Source of the DNA: a bacterium
GTDB lineage: Bacteria; UBA9089; JAHJRX01
Assembly (NCBI GenBank): GCA_030017825.1
Contig: JASEGW010000002.1
Span: 1 to 41,950, forward strand
Direction: 5' to 3'
DNA: 41,950 bases
Part shown: piece by piece, positions 36,995-41,950 of the stretch
Position numbering within the stretch: position 1 is the stretch's first letter
Layout: the number at the start of each line of letters is the position of its first letter
Translations under genes and position numbers: made by a program
The notes under the pieces: generated by a model
What the model saw: the letters and a program-made list of their open reading frames with translations, nothing else
Database searches by the model: none
Told to the model about the DNA's origin: nothing

Positions 36995-38580
36995 TACTTG
37001 TCTAAGTTAAATATCTGGATAAAGTCATCAGTGTGATTTATTATCCTATTGGCGTCAAAACCAGGTTCTTCACGATCAAAAAAAATAAATAACTTATCAG
37101 TCTTCTTACTTTCTTTTAATGAACAGAGTCCTGTGATAGTTTCATTGTAAGATAGAGAAGAATTTTTGGCTATAAGATAGGCATTTGTTGAATATTCAGC
37201 CGTGGAATTGTAATAACCAAAGTCTTTATTTCCTTCGGAGATGTATTGTGTTACATAATATTCATAAATTGAAATATTATAATTTGGATTAGCTTGCTTA
37301 AACCAATAAAAATTAATATTGTTTATAAGTATGAGGTCATTTTGGGAAATATATTTCTGTGTCTCTTTGAATATGTTATACGTAGAGATGTTTATAGACG
37401 GCTCTCTTGATAACACTTGAGTTATTTGCTTGGGATACATTGTGATTGCAATTATTGTAAAAATAACAGCAGTTAATAATTTTGTAATGAAAGGTGATTT
37501 GTTAAGGTATGGGACTTTTCTTAAAATAATTTTGGGGATGTTAACTAGAAAATATGATGATAAAATTGCGGTTGGAAAAAAAACATATTGGATAAATCGG
37601 TCATTAAAACCGATTAATCCAGCGGAAGACATCAAGGTTAGACCTAGTGGAATAATTAAAGCTGAAATAATTAAAGATTTTTTGGTAATAACTTTATTTT
37701 TAATAAGTAAAATTATTCCCCCGATTGTAAATAAAATAATTATTGGTGTAACCCATTCAAACAAAATATTGGTAAAAATATTTAATGTGTTAAATATTGT
37801 TTGGGGGTTTTTAAAACTGTTGGAAATGTATTTAAGAAATTTACTAAAGGAATCTACCAACAGTGGTGTTATGTAAAATTCTGGGTCATTTGGACCGGTG
37901 GGGGATTTAAAGAGAAATGGGATGCTTTGGGGAAGTGAAGAAACAACTCCAACCATTATGACAAATGTATAATGAATTAGTGCCTGCGCTTTTTTAGTAG
38001 TAATTAATTTTATTAATCCATCAAATATAAATATGGAAATACCAACGATAGGTGTAAGGGTATGCGACCAAAAAGCAAGGCCTAAAAATATACCTGAGAT
38101 AATAAATTTAAAAATATTTTTTAAATTAAGTGAGATAACAGTGAAAGAGAGAATAACAAATATTTCTGAAATTAAATTATTAAAAAGATCAGTATTTAAT
38201 CGGTAATAAGTTGGGCTAATAAATACCCAAAAAATAGAAAAAATAGCAGTCTTGATGTCGAAATTTTTTTTAGCAAACAAAAACACAATAATTGGGGTGA
38301 CGCCACTCAATACGAGCACTATTATTTTTAAACTTGTTAGTAAATCTATCGAGATGCTCAATGACAATGTGGAAATAATAATTGGTAAAAGCAAAGGTAT
38401 TTGTGTACCTAAAAAACTAAATTGGTGAATTAGTTTATTTGAATAGATTAAATAGTATGGTGAGTCATAACCATATATTAAATAATGTTTTGTGAGGGGA
38501 TATGTGTACAGTAGGAGTAAAAGTAGAACAAAAGCAATAATTACTCCCCCTCTTTTTAATTTTGGTAAATAATTATTCAT
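36952..38580 (-). CDS. Large polytopic membrane protein, possible GT-C-like, with a C-terminal soluble domain
   Basis: First loop YGYDSPYYL. More than 10 hydrophobic segments, then about 150 non-hydrophobic C-terminal residues. Confidence 0.4.
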   Translation of the reverse strand: MNNYLPKLKRGGVIIAFVLLLLLLYTYPLTKHYLIYGYDSPYYLIYSNKLIHQFSFLGTQIPLLLPIIISTLSLSISIDLLTSLKIIVLVLSGVTPIIVFLFAKKNFDIKTAIFSIFWVFISPTYYRLNTDLFNNLISEIFVILSFTVISLNLKNIFKFIISGIFLGLAFWSHTLTPIVGISIFIFDGLIKLITTKKAQALIHYTFVIMVGVVSSLPQSIPFLFKSPTGPNDPEFYITPLLVDSFSKFLKYISNSFKNPQTIFNTLNIFTNILFEWVTPIIILFTIGGIILLIKNKVITKKSLIISALIIPLGLTLMSSAGLIGFNDRFIQYVFFPTAILSSYFLVNIPKIILRKVPYLNKSPFITKLLTAVIFTIIAITMYPKQITQVLSREPSINISTYNIFKETQKYISQNDLILINNINFYWFKQANPNYNISIYEYYVTQYISEGNKDFGYYNSTAEYSTNAYLIAKNSSLSYNETITGLCSLKESKKTDKLFIFFDREEPGFDANRIINHTDDFIQIFNLDKYYLFLLNNLSCLNK

Positions 38581-38651
38581 TTATGTTTAAATATGATTAT
38601 ATAATGATAAGATAGGTAATTATAACTGAATATCTAGAAAGGTAAAAAACA

Positions 38652-39299
38652 ATGTCATATTTTAAAAAAAATGCAAAATATTTTGAGACAATATTTCTTT
38701 TTTCCTTTGTTCTATATATATTAATGTTGTTGGTGGAGGGTTTTACTTGGAAAGGTGTTTTTTTTAAACATCTACATTTTTACCCAATATATTTTTTGGT
38801 GATCTCAGTTATTTCTGGGGTAGTTACCTTTAATAATTTGAAGCGGGGAGAAAAAATGACTAATAAGTATAAAAAGACTATTTTTTGGGTTTCTAAAATA
38901 ACTCCATGGGTATTTTGTTTATATATATTGACGATTTTGCTACAGCCCTTAGTTTTAGATTGGTTAATCAATAGAGGAATCCTTAGGTGGGATTGGATGA
39001 AAGACTCGTTAGGGAACATCCTTACCCTTTTGATTATTTTTTGGGTAATAAATATTAATAACAACTCTAAATTAAATGTATTAAGAAAAAAATATAATAT
39101 ATACTATTTTAGTTTTTTTGGTAATAAAAAAATCAAGATTTCATCAAATATTTACAAAGCAATTTTATTTCTTTTTCTTTTTGTTATTCTTATAAGTAAT
39201 TTTAGCTTTTTTAGTTTTATACCCATAATTGTCGCTGTCCTTTCTTCTTTACTATTGGTTTTTTTGAATGATTTGTTAATTAACGATCAATATGAATGA
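38652..39299 (+). CDS. Hypothetical multi-pass membrane protein
   Basis: 215 aa with 5-6 hydrophobic segments. No motif recognised. Confidence 0.4.
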   Translation: MSYFKKNAKYFETIFLFSFVLYILMLLVEGFTWKGVFFKHLHFYPIYFLVISVISGVVTFNNLKRGEKMTNKYKKTIFWVSKITPWVFCLYILTILLQPLVLDWLINRGILRWDWMKDSLGNILTLLIIFWVININNNSKLNVLRKKYNIYYFSFFGNKKIKISSNIYKAILFLFLFVILISNFSFFSFIPIIVAVLSSLLLVFLNDLLINDQYE

Positions 39300-39583
39300 T
39301 AAAAAAATTTATTTACATGTTTTTTTGTAATCACTTTCAGGTTTTATTTTTGATTATTTTGTGTGTCTTTGTACAGTTTTTCAATTTGGAAAATACAAAA
39401 TGCTTATATTAAGAAATACTTTCTCTAAATAAAGACCTAAAAGAAACAATTAAAAACTTACATTTTAATTTGTATTATTTTGTTAATTATAATCAGGATA
39501 TAATTATTGCTGAATATTTCTTTGATAGAAACGAAATAAAACAATTAATAATAGACTAAAACGAGCAGATAATTAGTCATTGA

Positions 39584-39592
39584 TGTTACAAT
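39584..39592 (+). promoter_or_regulatory. Extended -10 TGtTACAAT, 6 nt upstream of the ATG at 39599
   Basis: gaTGtTACAATaataatATG. Confidence 0.35.
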
Positions 39593-39598
39593 AATAAT

Positions 39599-41068
39599 AT
39601 GTTTTTAGAATATCTTTCTTTTTCCGACACTGCTAAATTTGCTTTGATTGCTAAAAATATAGTTTTAGGAAACGGTTTTACCACAGATTTTAGTTTTTGG
39701 GGTAATAATTTGTTTTCTACATATGGTGTGTTACCTTTTTTTAGTTGTATTCTAAGTATTTTTTTTAAATTTTTTGGAATAGGAAATTTCAGTATTTTTC
39801 TTGTTTCTTTTACTTTTTTTATTTCAACTTTTATATTAATTTTTTTATTAACAAAAAAATTAACAAGGAATAGTTTAATTGCGTTTTTATCTTCCATCGT
39901 TTTTCTATTTAATAATGATATGATCGAATATGTCAAAAATGGAGCTAGCGAAAATCTCTTTATTTTTCAAATTTTATTAGGAATCTATTTAATTTTATTT
40001 AAAAATAGATGGACAAAAATAGGGGCTTTTTTAGTAATTATTTTAATATATTTTACTCGACCCCAAGCCTTTATTTATATATTAGGAATTATTTTTTTTT
40101 ATTTATTAACTATTCTAAAAATAAAAAAATCTTTAATTTATTTTGGTGGTGTAATTATTATGTGTTTTCTAATTGATTTTTTTATTTTATCCATTATAAA
40201 CGGAAAACATTTTTTGTATTCAATTACAGCAAGAGGTATTAATGCGACAATTAGTCATTTGCCTAATTTTTCTGTATCGGATAGTTTACGAGGAAACATT
40301 ATTTTTGATATTGGTTTTTTGAGTGTATTTAAAAAAGTTTTATATAATCTATATAATTTTTACAAGGCTATTCCTGAAATAATGAATCCATATCTATTTG
40401 GATTATTTGTTATTGGTTTATTTGCTTGGGGTAAAGATAGATTGCAAAACAGTTTTAAAATTTCAGTTATTTTTATGACACTGGCAACCTTTTTAGTAAC
40501 AGCACTTACAATTCCTTTCTATAGGTATCTCCATCCTGTTGTTCCGCTTGTTTATATCGTTGGTGTGGCCACACTTGTTGATATTTTTAAAGACCACAAA
40601 TACAAAATTATTATTTCTTATTTCTTAATTCTTATTTTCACTGTGGGGCAGACTTTAGGAATAATATTTTTAGATTCTAGGTTTAAAGCAAAATTGGTTA
40701 ATAAAGACAAACCTCCAATATATGCAGTTATGTCTTTTAAACTAAAAGAAATTACAAAACCTGATGATGTTATAGTTACCAATCTTGATACATGGGGGAG
40801 CTGGTATGGAAAAAGAAAAACAATTTGGTTTCCATTAGAACCTTCAATGATTATTCCTGTTGAAGATAAAATAGATGCAATTTATTTAACCAACTATTTA
40901 ATTGATGATGAAAACTACTATATGGGTGAAAATTGGAGAGAGATATTTAATAATCCAGAAAATCAAACGATATTAAAGGATTATAAATATGTTGGAGAAT
41001 ACGAGTTTAAAGCAGAAGACAATTATGAAAAAGAAAATGGTAAGGCAATACTTCTTGTAAGAAATTGA
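39599..41068 (+). CDS. ArnT/PMT_2-like GT-C membrane protein, apparently lacking the usual first TM helix
   Basis: It starts directly at the first-loop-type motif FSDTAKFALIAKNIVLGNGF. YFTRPQAF. Multiple TM segments. C-terminal soluble domain. Confidence 0.5.
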   Translation: MFLEYLSFSDTAKFALIAKNIVLGNGFTTDFSFWGNNLFSTYGVLPFFSCILSIFFKFFGIGNFSIFLVSFTFFISTFILIFLLTKKLTRNSLIAFLSSIVFLFNNDMIEYVKNGASENLFIFQILLGIYLILFKNRWTKIGAFLVIILIYFTRPQAFIYILGIIFFYLLTILKIKKSLIYFGGVIIMCFLIDFFILSIINGKHFLYSITARGINATISHLPNFSVSDSLRGNIIFDIGFLSVFKKVLYNLYNFYKAIPEIMNPYLFGLFVIGLFAWGKDRLQNSFKISVIFMTLATFLVTALTIPFYRYLHPVVPLVYIVGVATLVDIFKDHKYKIIISYFLILIFTVGQTLGIIFLDSRFKAKLVNKDKPPIYAVMSFKLKEITKPDDVIVTNLDTWGSWYGKRKTIWFPLEPSMIIPVEDKIDAIYLTNYLIDDENYYMGENWREIFNNPENQTILKDYKYVGEYEFKAEDNYEKENGKAILLVRN

Positions 41069-41130
41069 CAAAATAATCTATAATACAAATAGATCATCAG
41101 GAGGAATACGAACAATAGACTATGTGTCTA

Positions 41131-41487
41131 TTAGCGACGCCCTCCATTTTTGTATTCAACCGCGCATGAATGTAACACTATTTCAGCGTCGATGTTACCC
41201 TTTGCTATACCATGATTATCTTTTACTGTAGGTTTAAAAATCAAGATATATCCGTAGGATCTTAGTGAGTTATAAAGTTTTTTATTTTGTTCTATATATC
41301 CAATAAACAAAAACGCTTTTTCAACCTTGAATTTATCTTTCAGATATTTACGAAATTTGTTGAAATCTAATTTCCAGCCTTTATAAATTAATTTTTTATT
41401 TTTGAAAATATCCTTTGAAGTGCCCAGATTTAAATTCTGACTATCAATAAAAGCATATACAATATTTCTTTTCTTTACTTTGACCAT
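41131..41487 (-). CDS. NYN (LabA-like PIN-fold) domain protein, probably C-terminally truncated
   Basis: VYAFIDSQNLNLG and GNIDAEIVL match the first NYN motifs. The ORF stops before the expected SGDxDF block. Confidence 0.55.
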   Translation of the reverse strand: MVKVKKRNIVYAFIDSQNLNLGTSKDIFKNKKLIYKGWKLDFNKFRKYLKDKFKVEKAFLFIGYIEQNKKLYNSLRSYGYILIFKPTVKDNHGIAKGNIDAEIVLHSCAVEYKNGGRR

Positions 41488-41895
41488 ATATTAAATATAC
41501 CCCAACTGTTTCCGTTTTGGAAACAATTCATTAATAGAAGTTAAGTTACAAATATTATTATCTGGCTATTTTCTGGTGATAAACTAAGTTAGTTGTAATT
41601 TAAGAATTATAAAAATGTTCATACTTATATACGATTAAAGCAAAATGAACAGATGATAATTTTCTTTGCAATAATAACAAAACCATTGCGCGATACCCTG
41701 CGTGTTAATTGCGTAGTGTGATATAGTAGACATACAATGTTTGCATCTAAATATGGGATTACAAACAAGATATTGTCCAGAATATCAAGTGGAGAATTGT
41801 AAACTTAAGTAATTTGAAAAAAATAAACTGGGAGATAAAATAATTGCTATTCATGTTTAGGACGCAATACATTTCGGACTCTATGATACAAAAAC

Positions 41896-41950
41896 ATGAG
41901 TCACGAAACAGACAAAACAAGATACATTCTTCCAAAGCTGGGAAAGGGTA
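41896..41950 (+). CDS. 5' end of an ORF running off the window. Weak resemblance to HsdR_N-type restriction enzyme N-termini.
   Basis: MSHETDKTRYILPKLGKG resembles the sEa.TR.yI.P.L..aGW pattern. Only 18 codons are visible. TATGAT lies 8 nt upstream. Confidence 0.25.
   Translation, partial: MSHETDKTRYILPKLGKG

Noticed and set aside
1614-39936. 23 short ORFs in the supplied track that lie antisense or out of frame inside longer genes: 1614-1856, 2566-2748, 4272-4478, 5861-6085, 9870-10064, 13087-13329, 14274-14465, 14853-15293, 16654-16836, 16947-17168, 18911-19105, 19870-20076, 25580-25771, 28515-28700, 30040-30429, 33401-33628, 34061-34252, 34932-35144, 35403-35597, 36277-36537, 37430-37876, 38780-39064, 39586-39936
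   Set aside because: Each is fully embedded in a longer ORF that has clear family motifs. Their translations are low-complexity with no motifs. Such shadow ORFs are expected in AT-rich DNA.
41099-41104. A perfect AGGAGG, the only canonical SD-like hexamer I noticed
   Set aside because: The next ATG (41122) is 17 nt away and opens only a 15-codon ORF. It lies in the convergent gap between the GT-C and NYN genes.
41076-41131. Two small hairpins (ATCTAT-n7-ATAGAT at 41076-41094, ATAGAC-n5-GTCTAT at 41115-41131) as bidirectional terminators, and GCCTT-ttt-AAGGC at 19241-19253
   Set aside because: The stems are only 5-6 bp and mostly A/T, with no convincing U-tract. They are too weak to call as intrinsic terminators from sequence alone.
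1-41950. Long poly-A/poly-T runs (for example A8 at about 5508 and T8 at about 31467) as slippage tracts, and a possible DGR or retron (elements I associate with CPR-type genomes)
   Set aside because: A/T runs of this length are expected from the base composition. No reverse transcriptase gene or template/variable repeat pair is present.

Overview
AT-rich, tightly packed bacterial DNA. Many genes overlap by 1-37 nt. TGA acts as a stop (ATGA junctions at 12503, 17599, 24185, 30430), so the standard code 11 applies. I support about 41 protein-coding genes. I found no rRNA, tRNA, CRISPR array, transposase, integrase or reverse transcriptase. The window is dominated by one very large glycosylation locus. 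It holds 13 polytopic GT-C-like membrane proteins, which total about 20.1 of 41.95 kb when their coordinates are summed. These include a tandem triplet of '6-pyruvoyl-tetrahydropterin-synthase-related' type proteins, a tandem quartet of ArnT/PMT-like proteins, and two copies of a family I cannot assign. The locus also has 7 GT2 and 4 GT4 cytoplasmic glycosyltransferases, 3 methyltransferases (one a sugar C-methyltransferase type), two GDP-fucose-synthase-like SDRs, and a Dpm1-like GT2 plus DUF2304 pair. Small accessory modules interrupt it: a Phd-like/MNT/HEPN/SDR operon, an AbiEii-like nucleotidyltransferase pair, and a DUF4143 AAA ATPase-nuclease gene that lies next to a decayed copy of its neighbour's 3' end. 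At the right edge are a truncated NYN gene and a possible restriction-enzyme start. Other notable sequence-level signals are a G8 tract inside a GT4 gene, -10 boxes 6-9 nt from start codons with almost no Shine-Dalgarno motifs, and a visibly more AT-rich sub-island from about 31.4 to 41.1 kb. The gene content and style suggest an uncultivated small-genome bacterium (CPR/Patescibacteria-like), but that is inference only. All family assignments come from motif recognition by eye and need HMM or structure confirmation.
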